A stretch of DNA of 64,000 nucleotides from NCBI GenBank assembly GCA_965224245.1, contig OZ245046.1:1152001-1216000 (forward strand). The letters are read 5' to 3'. The translations under genes and the position numbers were made by a program. The DNA is from Candidatus Eiseniibacteriota bacterium. Its GTDB lineage: Bacteria > Eisenbacteria > RBG-16-71-46 > CAZAMP01. Shown piece by piece: positions 34,974-43,936 of the stretch (its first letter is position 1; each line of letters begins with the position of its first letter). The notes beneath the pieces were generated by a model that was not told the DNA's origin, searched no databases, and saw nothing but the letters and a program-made list of their open reading frames with translations.

Positions 34974-36878
34974 TCAGTCCAGGATGACGACCTTTCGCCG
35001 GAACGTGTCGGTCTCGTCTCGCGCGCGGATGACGTAGATGCCGGCGGCCACGCGAGCCCCCGTGCCGTCGGTCGCGTCCCACGCGAGGCGGACCCAGCCG
35101 CGAACCCGGCGACCGTCGTCCAGTGTCCGCACGCGTCGCCCGCTCACGTCGAGCACGTCCACGGTCACGCGCCCCGACCGCGGGACGTGGAGCGAGACGT
35201 CCACGCCGTCCCGAGATGGGCTGACGATCGGGCTCATGCGCAGCCCGCCGCCCGGTACGACCGGAGGAACACCGACGGTGACCGGCTGGGGGTGAACGCC
35301 GTCGCGGCCGGGGCCGTACCGAACCATGGGCATCTGCACGTCGGCGGTGACGCCCGACGGCGCGAGGTTCCACACGTAGACCGTGTACTGCGGCTCGAGC
35401 GCCAGCCCGGAGACGACGGCCAGCTCGACGTCGCCGTCGGCGTCGACGTCGCCGAACGCGACCGAGTTGTTGAACGGCGAGCCGACCGTGTGAAGCGGCC
35501 ATCCGGCGACCGGCGTGCCGTCGTGGTGGTAGGCGAACAGCCGACCGGTCAGATCCGCGTACTCGGCGTTGTCGCCCCACACGAGCTCGGGATCCCCGTC
35601 GCCGTCCATGTCGGCCACGCTGATCTGTCCGAAGACCGCGTACATCGGCCCCACGGGCCAGCCGTCCACGGGCGTGCCGTCGTGGTGCCACGCATGCACG
35701 TAGTTGATGGGGGCGCCCAGGACGATGTCGGCGGCGATGATCTCGAGATCGTTGTCGCCGTCGAGATCGGAGAACGTCGGCGGCGTGTACACCCACTCGT
35801 CCACGAACACCGGCCAGCCCGGCATCGTGTGCCCGTTGGCGTCGAACACCCAGACCGCGCCGCGTCGTCCGAGGCTCGACAGGCGGTGGGCGCCCACGGC
35901 GATCTCGGGCCGCCCGTCGCCGTCGAGGTCCGCAAAGGTCGGCGTGGCGTAGGAGAACACGTCGCCGCCGAGCGGCGTGAACGGGAACCCCGGGAGCGGG
36001 GTTCCGTCGATGCGGAAGGCATGGAGCCGCACGTAGGTCTCGAAGAAGATCTCGCGCACGCCGTCACCGTCCACGTCGACGGCCCCCGGTGATCCGCCCG
36101 GCAGCCACTCGAACCCGACCGGCCACCCCGGCAGGAGGGCCCCCGTACCGTCGAAGACGTACAGCCGTCCCGAGGGGTAGGTCTTCTCGGTGACCAGGAT
36201 CTCGGCGGCGCCGTCGCCGTCCAGATCCACGACGACCGGGGACCCGACGACGTCGCCCGCGGTCTCCACCGGGAAGCCGGGCACGATCGAGCCGTCGGTC
36301 TCGAACGCATAGGTCCACGCGATCGTGCCGTTCGGCTGCCGGTCGGAGGTCGCGACCACCTCGCCCCGCCCGTCGCCGTCCACGTCGCCGAACGACGCGC
36401 CCCAGAGCGAGAACGTCCCCGTCGGGATCGTGAGCGGCCACCCGGGCAGCGGCGTGCCGTCGGTATCGAGAAGTCGCAGGCGCCGCTCGTCCTTGCCGGA
36501 CGACACGAGCAGCTCGAGCGCGTCGTCGTCGTCGGCCTGGACGAGCACGAGACCCCCGCGTGGACGCCACTCGTCGATCGTGACCGGCCAGCCGGCGAGG
36601 TCGGGGGGCAGAGCCCCCGAGACGCGACCGAGAGCGGCCGATGCGTGCTCGTCGCCCGTCGACGGGAGTCCCGGTCCGACGATCGGCACGAGCCCCGTCA
36701 CGTCGGCCGCCGGGTGGTCGGGACGGGCGATCTCGCGGACGTTCGCGGCGGACGCGGGGCCCACCGACGCGATCGTCACGAGGACGGCCGTGAGCGCGGC
36801 GAGTCCCTCTCGCACCGGCGTCGAGCCCGGGACACGGGTCGCGAGACGGCGACCGGCGGCGGCTTCGTGCGACGTCAT
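34974..36878 (-). CDS. Secreted FG-GAP/VCBS repeat protein with FlgD-like CTD
   Basis: Repeated DxDGDGxxE and G.P.PGWP units; CTD DVSGRRVRTL...W...AGIY; ATGA overlap with the upstream gene. Confidence 0.85.
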   Translation of the reverse strand: MTSHEAAAGRRLATRVPGSTPVREGLAALTAVLVTIASVGPASAANVREIARPDHPAADVTGLVPIVGPGLPSTGDEHASAALGRVSGALPPDLAGWPVTIDEWRPRGGLVLVQADDDDALELLVSSGKDERRLRLLDTDGTPLPGWPLTIPTGTFSLWGASFGDVDGDGRGEVVATSDRQPNGTIAWTYAFETDGSIVPGFPVETAGDVVGSPVVVDLDGDGAAEILVTEKTYPSGRLYVFDGTGALLPGWPVGFEWLPGGSPGAVDVDGDGVREIFFETYVRLHAFRIDGTPLPGFPFTPLGGDVFSYATPTFADLDGDGRPEIAVGAHRLSSLGRRGAVWVFDANGHTMPGWPVFVDEWVYTPPTFSDLDGDNDLEIIAADIVLGAPINYVHAWHHDGTPVDGWPVGPMYAVFGQISVADMDGDGDPELVWGDNAEYADLTGRLFAYHHDGTPVAGWPLHTVGSPFNNSVAFGDVDADGDVELAVVSGLALEPQYTVYVWNLAPSGVTADVQMPMVRYGPGRDGVHPQPVTVGVPPVVPGGGLRMSPIVSPSRDGVDVSLHVPRSGRVTVDVLDVSGRRVRTLDDGRRVRGWVRLAWDATDGTGARVAAGIYVIRARDETDTFRRKVVILD

Positions 36879-38170
36879 CGCGTCACCACGCGGTGAAGGC
36901 CGGTGCCGTCGGGGGTGACCAGCCGGAGATACCGAACGCCGGCCGGGCCCCCGGCGCCGTCCCAGGCCACGCGATGGCGCCCCGGCGAGAGCCGGCGATC
37001 GACGAGGACGTCCAGGCGGCGACCGCTCACGTCGAACACCTCGAGGCGGGCGTGTCCCCCGTGGACGAGTTCGAGGGTCACAGTCGCCGCACCGCGCACC
37101 GGGTGGGGGCTGACCGCGAGCAGAGCCGACGGGGAGGAGACGCCCGGGGGCACGTCGATCGTGCCGGGTACGAAGCGCGTTCGGAACACGCCGCTGGTCC
37201 GCGTCGCCACGTAGACCGAGTCGCCGACCACGGTCGCGTCGAGCACGTCGAGGCCGGCCAGGTTGCCGGTCTCGTCGTGGAAGCCAGCCGGCGCGAACGA
37301 CGAGAACGCCACCGTACCGGACGTCGTGACGAGGACCGAGGGCTGGAGGATCCCGCGCGCGGTGATGGACTCCTCGCCGACCCACATGTTGCGACCGGGC
37401 AGCGTGGATACCTGGCTCCACTCGCTCTCGTCCGTGCGGCGCATGAACGTGCCGGCGCTGGAGCCGGTGTAGATCGACGTGTCGCCGCCGAGAGGAGGCA
37501 GCGGCGCCGGCTGCCACGCGGCCACGAAGTTGGTCACGGCACCGGGAAGCCCCGTGGACCACGACGTCCAGGAGGCACCGCCGTCGGTACTCCTGGAGAT
37601 CGGCGCGTCCCCGCTCAGGTACACGGAGTTCGCCTGATCCACCATCACCGACGTCATGCCGAACTGACCCGTCCCGAACAGCGTGGTCCACGTCTCACCG
37701 CCGTCGAGCGACCGCAGGAACTCCCCGGGCGAGACGTCCGGCAGGCTACACGCGTAGTAGCGATCGCGATCGAAGCCGTCGCGGGCGAGACCGGTCACGA
37801 GCCCGCCGTCGATGGGGTGGAAGTAGTCGCCGTTCTCGTCGAGACTGTCGCTGGTCTCGACGTATCCCTTGAAGAACGCGTTGACGCGCCCGGTGATCAC
37901 CCGGCTGGGCCGCATCTGGTGACCGATGATCGCGCCGACGTGGCGACCGATCCAGTCCTCCTCGTCGTGCTCCGCCCAGGTGTGCGTCGCGAAGTCGTAG
38001 ACGTGGAATCCCTCGATCGTTCCCACGAGCAGCCGTTCGTGCCACGGATCGTACGTGAGGCTCGTACACGAGATACCGCTCATGCCGGCGAGCTCCCAGT
38101 CGGCCGACCGGGAGCGCTCGGCCACGAGCGTCGAGAGGGTCAGAACGGCGAGCGCGACGGCGAGACGCAT
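36875..38170 (-). CDS. Secreted BNR/Asp-box beta-propeller protein with FlgD-like CTD
   Basis: Signal peptide; RSLDGGETW and RSTDGGASW Asp-boxes; CTD FDVSGRR...WDG; GGAGG SD. Confidence 0.8.
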   Translation of the reverse strand: MRLAVALAVLTLSTLVAERSRSADWELAGMSGISCTSLTYDPWHERLLVGTIEGFHVYDFATHTWAEHDEEDWIGRHVGAIIGHQMRPSRVITGRVNAFFKGYVETSDSLDENGDYFHPIDGGLVTGLARDGFDRDRYYACSLPDVSPGEFLRSLDGGETWTTLFGTGQFGMTSVMVDQANSVYLSGDAPISRSTDGGASWTSWSTGLPGAVTNFVAAWQPAPLPPLGGDTSIYTGSSAGTFMRRTDESEWSQVSTLPGRNMWVGEESITARGILQPSVLVTTSGTVAFSSFAPAGFHDETGNLAGLDVLDATVVGDSVYVATRTSGVFRTRFVPGTIDVPPGVSSPSALLAVSPHPVRGAATVTLELVHGGHARLEVFDVSGRRLDVLVDRRLSPGRHRVAWDGAGGPAGVRYLRLVTPDGTGLHRVVTR

Positions 38171-38359
38171 GATGACCTCCAGCGTAGAGGAACGCGATGG
38201 CCGACGAGTATGGTATCACGGACACGGTCGTCGCTCGACCCCGCATCCGGCCACGGAAAGGGCAACCTGTCGCGCACGATCGCGTACGCTTCGGGGTTGT
38301 CCAGCACGTTCACGGCGAGCGCGGGGACACGACATCTGAATCTGCGAGGTGAGCCTGAA

Positions 38360-40993
38360 ATGCGGTTGCTCCACTCGGTCATCGGCATCGCCGTCCTGAC
38401 GGCGCTCTCGACGTCGTCACCGACGACGGCGCTCGCCGAGGTACGGTCGTACACGACCACCCGAACGCCGCGGCCCCCGCGCATCGACGGCGTGCTCGAC
38501 GATGCCGAGTGGAACGCGGTCCCGTGGGCCGGCGAGTTCACACAGTTCGAGCCGACCGAGGGCGCGGCGCCGAGCGCCGACACGCGGTTCAAGATCCTCT
38601 ACGACGATGCGAACCTGTACATCGCGTACCGGGCCTTCGATGCCGAGCCCGCTGAGATCGCCAGCGTTCTGAGTCGCCGCGACGAGTTCCCGGGCGACTG
38701 GGTGGAGATCAACATCGACAGCTACCACGATCACCGGACGGCGTTCTCGTTCACCGCGAGCGTATCGGGTACGCAGGGCGACGAGTTCATCTCCGAGGAC
38801 GGCGACAGCTGGGACGGCAACTGGGATCCGGTCTGGGAGCACGAGGCGCGCATCGACCGCGAGGGGTGGACGGCCGAGGTCCGTATCCCGCTCAGTCAGC
38901 TCCGCTACGGCAACCACGACGAGCACGTGTGGGGCATCCAGGTGCAGCGCCGCATCTACCGGTACGAAGAGCGCTCGGTCTGGCAGCCCATTTCCCGGGA
39001 CGAAGAGGGCTGGGTCAGCAAGTTCGGCGAGCTCCGGGGAATCCGCGGCATCCGGGCTCAGCGCCGGCTGGAGGTGCTCCCGTACACGGTCGCGCGCGCC
39101 GAGCGCGTCGAGCGAATGGACGGGAATCCCTTCGCCGACGGCAGCGAGAACCGGCTCTCGGCCGGGCTCGACGGGAAGATCGGGGTCACGAGCGACCTGA
39201 CCCTCGATCTGACGGTGAACCCCGATTTCGGTCAGGTGGAGGCCGATCCCTCGGTGGTGAACCTCACCGCCTTCGAGACGTTCTTCTCCGAGAAGCGGCC
39301 GTTCTTCATCGAGGGGGCCAACATCTTCTCGTCGCGACTGGCCCCGTCGGTGGCGTTCGGGACGCACACCCAGGACCGGATCTTCTACTCGCGACGGATC
39401 GGTCGCCCACCTCAGGCCGAGCCCCGCGTCGACGGGTTCGTCGATCAGCCGGACAACACGTCCATCCTCGGGGCGGCCAAGCTGACCGGCAAGACCACGG
39501 GCGGCTGGTCCATCGGGCTCCTGGAGAGCGTGACCGCGCGCGAGCGAGCGGACGTGGAGGAGGACGGGGAGCGCGGCCAGGTCACGGTGGAGCCCGCGAC
39601 GAACTACCTGGTAGGCCGGGTCCAGAAGGACTTCCGGCGCGGACAGACACGCATCGGTGCGATGGTGACCGGCGTCAACCGCGACGTCGGGGATCCGGAG
39701 GTCGCGTTCCTCCACTCGAGCGCCACCGTGGGAGGTGTCGACTTCTTCCACTACGTCGACGAACGACGGTACTACGTGGCCCTGAACGCGGCGGCGAGCC
39801 GTGTGCACGGGGGCGAGGACGCGATCCTCAGGACGCAGCTGGCTCCCGCACGGTACTACCAGCGCCCCGACAACCGCGGTCAGGTGGTTGACACCACGCG
39901 CACGTCGCTGGTCGGCCACGGCGGGTCGCTCCGGCTGGGGAAGTCCTCAGGCAAGCTGAACGCCGAGGTCGGCGTGGCCTGGCGCTCACCGGGGTTCGAG
40001 CTCAACGACGTCGGCTATCTCCGAAACGCAGACGAGGTCAACCAGTTCGCCTGGGCCGGCTACTCCATCCGGAACCCGGTGGGGATCCTCCGCCGCATGT
40101 CGTTCAACGTGAACCAGTGGCTGGACTTCGAGTACGGGGGCGAGAACCTCTACCAGGCCGCGAACTTCAACACGAACGCCACGTTCCTGAACAACTGGAG
40201 CACCAACGCCTCGATCACGCGCGAGAACGAGCGCATCTCCGTGCACGAGCTCCGGGGCGGACCCTCGATGCGACTGCCGGGCTCGGTCAGCGCGAACGCC
40301 GAGCTGAACACCGACTGGCGCCGGACGCTGTCGGGGGGCGTGGGGGGCAGCGTCACGCGTCTCGACGACGACGCCGGCGATTCCAACGACCTGTGGTCCT
40401 GGGTGGCGTGGCGACCGAGCAACGCGATGCGATTGGAGCTGAGCACGTCGTACGGGCGAAACCGGCCCGAGCTCCAGTACGTGACGACCGCCGACCGGGC
40501 CGGGGAGGCCGCCTACGTGTTCGCGCGTCTCGAGCAGGAGACGCTGGATCTCTCGCTGCGCTTCGACTATGCGATCACGCCCGATCTCACCGTGCAGTAC
40601 TACGGGGCGCCGTTCGTGTCCGCCGGGACGTACGACGCGTTCAAGCGCATCGTCGACCCGCGGGCCGGCGAGTACGGTGACCGCTTCGTCGAGCTCGGCG
40701 AGGTGGCGAGGGACGACGCGTCGGCCGGGGTCTACACGGTCGACGAGGACGGCGACGGAGCCGAGGACTATCGCTTCAGCCAGCCGAACTTCGACGTCCG
40801 CGACTTCAACTCGAACCTGGTCGTTCGCTGGCAGTACTCGCCCGGCTCCAGCGTCTTCCTGGTGTGGTCTCAGGCCCGATTCGGCTTCGATCGCACCGGG
40901 CGGTTCGCGGCCGCCGACGACCTCGACGCGCTCTTCGATCGCCATCCGGACGACGTCTTTCTGATCAAGATCAACCGCTGGCTGGACCTGTAG
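38360..40993 (+). CDS. CBM9-like plus DUF5916 outer-membrane protein
   Basis: Signal peptide; PPRIDGVLDDAEW, WTAEVRIPLSQLRY, DLTVNPDFGQVEAD, FETFFSEKRPFFIEG and FYSRRIG; the ORF-track extension from 36893 is an antisense shadow. Confidence 0.88.
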   Translation: MRLLHSVIGIAVLTALSTSSPTTALAEVRSYTTTRTPRPPRIDGVLDDAEWNAVPWAGEFTQFEPTEGAAPSADTRFKILYDDANLYIAYRAFDAEPAEIASVLSRRDEFPGDWVEINIDSYHDHRTAFSFTASVSGTQGDEFISEDGDSWDGNWDPVWEHEARIDREGWTAEVRIPLSQLRYGNHDEHVWGIQVQRRIYRYEERSVWQPISRDEEGWVSKFGELRGIRGIRAQRRLEVLPYTVARAERVERMDGNPFADGSENRLSAGLDGKIGVTSDLTLDLTVNPDFGQVEADPSVVNLTAFETFFSEKRPFFIEGANIFSSRLAPSVAFGTHTQDRIFYSRRIGRPPQAEPRVDGFVDQPDNTSILGAAKLTGKTTGGWSIGLLESVTARERADVEEDGERGQVTVEPATNYLVGRVQKDFRRGQTRIGAMVTGVNRDVGDPEVAFLHSSATVGGVDFFHYVDERRYYVALNAAASRVHGGEDAILRTQLAPARYYQRPDNRGQVVDTTRTSLVGHGGSLRLGKSSGKLNAEVGVAWRSPGFELNDVGYLRNADEVNQFAWAGYSIRNPVGILRRMSFNVNQWLDFEYGGENLYQAANFNTNATFLNNWSTNASITRENERISVHELRGGPSMRLPGSVSANAELNTDWRRTLSGGVGGSVTRLDDDAGDSNDLWSWVAWRPSNAMRLELSTSYGRNRPELQYVTTADRAGEAAYVFARLEQETLDLSLRFDYAITPDLTVQYYGAPFVSAGTYDAFKRIVDPRAGEYGDRFVELGEVARDDASAGVYTVDEDGDGAEDYRFSQPNFDVRDFNSNLVVRWQYSPGSSVFLVWSQARFGFDRTGRFAAADDLDALFDRHPDDVFLIKINRWLDL

Positions 40994-41040
40994 CCCATCG
41001 CCGGGCGAGGTCGCGCTCCGGGGGCGCCAGAGGGCGGCCG

Positions 41041-41059
41041 CAGGGCGCTCGGCGCCCTG
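41041..41059 (+). terminator. Hairpin downstream of the DUF5916 gene
   Basis: CAGGGCGC-TCG-GCGCCCTG; no U-tract. Confidence 0.35.
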
Positions 41060-41108
41060 GCGGGCCGGCTCCCCGGCGTCGGTGTTGGGCGGGAACCCGA
41101 TCCTCGTG

Positions 41109-41170
41109 GATTCTGGACATTGTGGAGGACACGATCATTCTATATTCTTGACCAATGATGTTCTCATAGA
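41109..41170 (+). promoter_or_regulatory. AT-rich promoter patch upstream of the HlyD-VTC-DUF4956 operon
   Basis: Local GC drop, TATATT hexamer, ATCATT...AATGAT inverted pair. Confidence 0.4.
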
Positions 41171-41306
41171 CACCGAGTGTGTCCCCTTTGCGGCAATCGG
41201 GCGCCGGTCCACACGCCGATCCTCGCGTGACCGCGCGGGGTCGAAGTTCTCCGGTCGAATGGCCGGGTCGGCGCCGGTGGCCGATCGACGAGGGGCTACG
41301 ACATCC

Positions 41307-42419
41307 ATGGCAAGCGTCCCTGAGCCAAGACGGGTCCTGACGGTCTGGTTGGGCATCGGGCTCCTCCTCGGCGCGGTGGTGGTGACCAGCGCCGTCGTCG
41401 ACGTCGATCGGCGCGTCTCCGGTCGATGCCGCCTGCGTCCGCTCGCGCAGTGGACCCTGGTCGAGCTGCGTCCGGGAACGCTCGAGTCGAAGGCCATCGA
41501 CTACACCACGGGACAGACGCTTCACTACCAGCTCTACCAGTTCGAGCGCGACGCGTTCGTGGAGCTGCAGCTTCCCCAGTTCGAGTCCGAGGTCGATTCG
41601 CGCATTCACTACGACAGCGGCCGCCCGCTCGCGCACATCGAAGCCTCGTCGCTCGCCCTGATGATGGCCGAGCGACGCACCGCGTTGGAGCGGGCACGAG
41701 CGCGTCTGGCCGCCCTGGAGGCCGGAGCGAAGCCGGAGGAGCGCCGTCGGGCCGAGGTGGCCCTCGAGCAGGCGCGCGCTTCCCTGGAAGCATACCGGCC
41801 CCGGTACCAGCGCCAGCAGGGGCTGCATGCCGAGCGCCTCGTCAGCGACGACGTCTGGGAGGAGATCGAAGCCACGTATCGCCTGCGCGAGCTGGACGTC
41901 GAGCTGGCCCGGCGCGAGCTGGACGTGATCACGAGCGGCGCGCGCCCCGAGGAGATCGAGGCGGCAAGGGTGCTGGTAAACAACCTCGAGAGCGAGCTGG
42001 ATGTGCAGTCGCGGATGATGTCGGCACAGGAGGTGTCCTCGCCGGTCTCCGGCTGGCTGCGCGTCGGTGGACCCGACCAGGCGATGGTGACCGTGACCGA
42101 TCTCGATTCGATGGTCGTGGAGATCGCACTGCCCCAGCGCCACAGCGGTCGCCCGGAGCCCGGCAACCCCGTCCAGGTGTGGGTTCCCGGGCTCACGCGT
42201 GACGTGATCGACGGATGTGTCCTTCGTGTGGATCGGCGCGCGGCGTTGACGGCGCGGGGCGCGTACGTGACGGTGTGTGCCGCGATTCCGAACCCCGGGG
42301 GCATTCTCGAAGAGGGGCTGGAGGGGCGTGCCACGATCCGCTGCGGCCGGACATCGCTTCTGACGCAGTGGATGGACGACCTCTCCACGCTCGTCCGGCG
42401 CGAGCTGGCCGGGCTCTGA
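41307..42419 (+). CDS. HlyD/membrane-fusion family periplasmic adaptor
   Basis: N-terminal TM; long coiled coil with GAKPEE and GARPEEI; VSSPVSG; G..EGLEG.A.I..G. Confidence 0.75.
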   Translation: MASVPEPRRVLTVWLGIGLLLGAVVVTSAVVDVDRRVSGRCRLRPLAQWTLVELRPGTLESKAIDYTTGQTLHYQLYQFERDAFVELQLPQFESEVDSRIHYDSGRPLAHIEASSLALMMAERRTALERARARLAALEAGAKPEERRRAEVALEQARASLEAYRPRYQRQQGLHAERLVSDDVWEEIEATYRLRELDVELARRELDVITSGARPEEIEAARVLVNNLESELDVQSRMMSAQEVSSPVSGWLRVGGPDQAMVTVTDLDSMVVEIALPQRHSGRPEPGNPVQVWVPGLTRDVIDGCVLRVDRRAALTARGAYVTVCAAIPNPGGILEEGLEGRATIRCGRTSLLTQWMDDLSTLVRRELAGL

Positions 42420-42423
42420 CCGC

Positions 42424-43185
42424 GTGGATGCCCGGCGCCGGAACGGCGGAGCCTATACCCGGCACGAGCTCAAGTTCCCACTACCGGTCGCGCTCGTCGA
42501 CGAGATCCGATCGCGAGTGGAGAGCCACGTGGAGCCGGACCCCAACGCCGCCGGAGACGGCCGCGCCGTGTACACCGTGCGGAGTATCTACTTCGACACC
42601 GAGGATCTTCGCTTCTACTTCGAGAAGATCGACGGGCGCCGCACGCGCCGGAAGCTTCGCATCCGGACGTACGGCTCGAAGGCATCGGCGACGAACGCGT
42701 TCCTCGAGATCAAGCGCAAGCTGGACCGCACGTCGTTCAAGGAACGCGCCCGGGTCCCGGTGGCGGCCGTTTCGGCCATCCTGTCCTCGCGCTGGCCGGA
42801 TCCGCCGGACGCCGCCGCGCTCGACCGCGTGGGGGAGCGCGAAAGACGGGTGATCGAGAAGTTCCGGTACAACATGGACGTGTGCGAGCTCCGGCCCAGC
42901 GTGCTCGTGACCTACGATCGCGAGCCCTACGTCGCCACGCGCGGCGACATGGCGCGCGTGACATTCGACATGAACCTGCGTAGTCTCATCCGGCCCGGGC
43001 CGGACGATCTCTTCTCCGAGCGCCCGTTGCGCGAGTTTCACTCGGGGGGCTTCGTGCTGGAGCTGAAGTTCGACGAGTTCATGCCGCGCTGGATGGCCGA
43101 TCTCATGTCGGCCTTCAATCTCCGATCTCGAGCGTTCTCGAAGTACTGCCACGGCATCGACGCCTGGGAATGTCACGCCAAATGA
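42424..43185 (+). CDS. VTC (polyphosphate polymerase, CYTH/TTM-like) domain protein
   Basis: RHELKF, VRSIYFDT, KLRIRTY, FLEIKRK, YDRE, RVTFD, LELKF and FSKY. Confidence 0.9.
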   Translation: MDARRRNGGAYTRHELKFPLPVALVDEIRSRVESHVEPDPNAAGDGRAVYTVRSIYFDTEDLRFYFEKIDGRRTRRKLRIRTYGSKASATNAFLEIKRKLDRTSFKERARVPVAAVSAILSSRWPDPPDAAALDRVGERERRVIEKFRYNMDVCELRPSVLVTYDREPYVATRGDMARVTFDMNLRSLIRPGPDDLFSERPLREFHSGGFVLELKFDEFMPRWMADLMSAFNLRSRAFSKYCHGIDAWECHAK

Positions 43186-43212
43186 CCGAGACTCCGCGCC
43201 GAGACGGCAGAG

Positions 43213-43911
43213 GTGACCTCCTTGGATGACTTCCTGCAAGGTCTGGCGATCCAGCCCGAGCCGTGGACGGTTCCCCAGATCGGGGTCAACATCGGGGTCG
43301 CGTTCGTCCTGGGCGTGTTGATCTCCTGGGTCTACCGGAGTACGCACCGCCAGCTCGCGGTGTCGTTCTCGCTGATGAACACGCTCGTGCTCCTGGCCAT
43401 GATCATGTCCATGGTCATGATGGTGATCGGCAACGACATCGCTCGTGCGTTCGGTCTGGCCGGCGCCATGTCGATCATCCGCTTCCGGACCGTGGTCAAA
43501 GACACCCGCGACACGGCATTCGTGTTCTTCGCGATCGGCGCCGGGATGGCGGCGGGCACCGGCAACCTCAAGATCGCCGTCGCGGGCACGCTGCTCATCT
43601 CGATCGGCGCCGAGATCCTCCACTGGACCCGACACGGGGCCGCGGCACGACGCTCGTATCTGCTCACCTTCGACGTGGCTCCCGAGCAGGCAGAGAGCGG
43701 CGCGGAGGTGTTCCGCGGCGTGTTCGACGCGCAGCTGGCGCGGCAGTCCCTGGTGAGCGTGAAGTCGGTCCGCATGGGACAGTTCCTGTCGCTCACCTAC
43801 CAGGTGGAGCTGCAGCCGCGCGCCACTTCGGAGCGCCTGGTGGCCGAGCTCTCGGCGCTCGAAGGCGTGCACCGCGTGACGCTCTCGTTCGGGGAAGAGG
43901 CCGAGAACTAG
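43213..43911 (+). CDS. DUF4956 family membrane protein
   Basis: MMVIGNDIARAFGLAGAMSIIRFRT.VKD..D..F.F.AI..GMA.G; soluble C-terminal domain. Confidence 0.9.
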   Translation: MTSLDDFLQGLAIQPEPWTVPQIGVNIGVAFVLGVLISWVYRSTHRQLAVSFSLMNTLVLLAMIMSMVMMVIGNDIARAFGLAGAMSIIRFRTVVKDTRDTAFVFFAIGAGMAAGTGNLKIAVAGTLLISIGAEILHWTRHGAAARRSYLLTFDVAPEQAESGAEVFRGVFDAQLARQSLVSVKSVRMGQFLSLTYQVELQPRATSERLVAELSALEGVHRVTLSFGEEAEN

Positions 43912-43936
43912 CGTCGTCCAGGGTCGTGGGCGCCGG

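Noticed and set aside
34974-36878. Recurring GACGGCGACGG-type DNA repeats (also in 53075-54988 and 61100-62300) as a CRISPR or repeat array
   Set aside because: They are degenerate codon-level echoes of FG-GAP protein repeats; no identical repeats with unique spacers and no cas genes
36879-37691. N-terminal extension of the 905-aa minus ORF
   Set aside because: Arg-rich alternative frame over the BNR gene; the ATGA-coupled start at 36878 fits better
36893-38359. N-terminal 489 aa of the 1366-aa ORF, suggesting a giant fusion
   Set aside because: Lies antisense to the BNR gene; the real start with SD and signal peptide is ATG 38360
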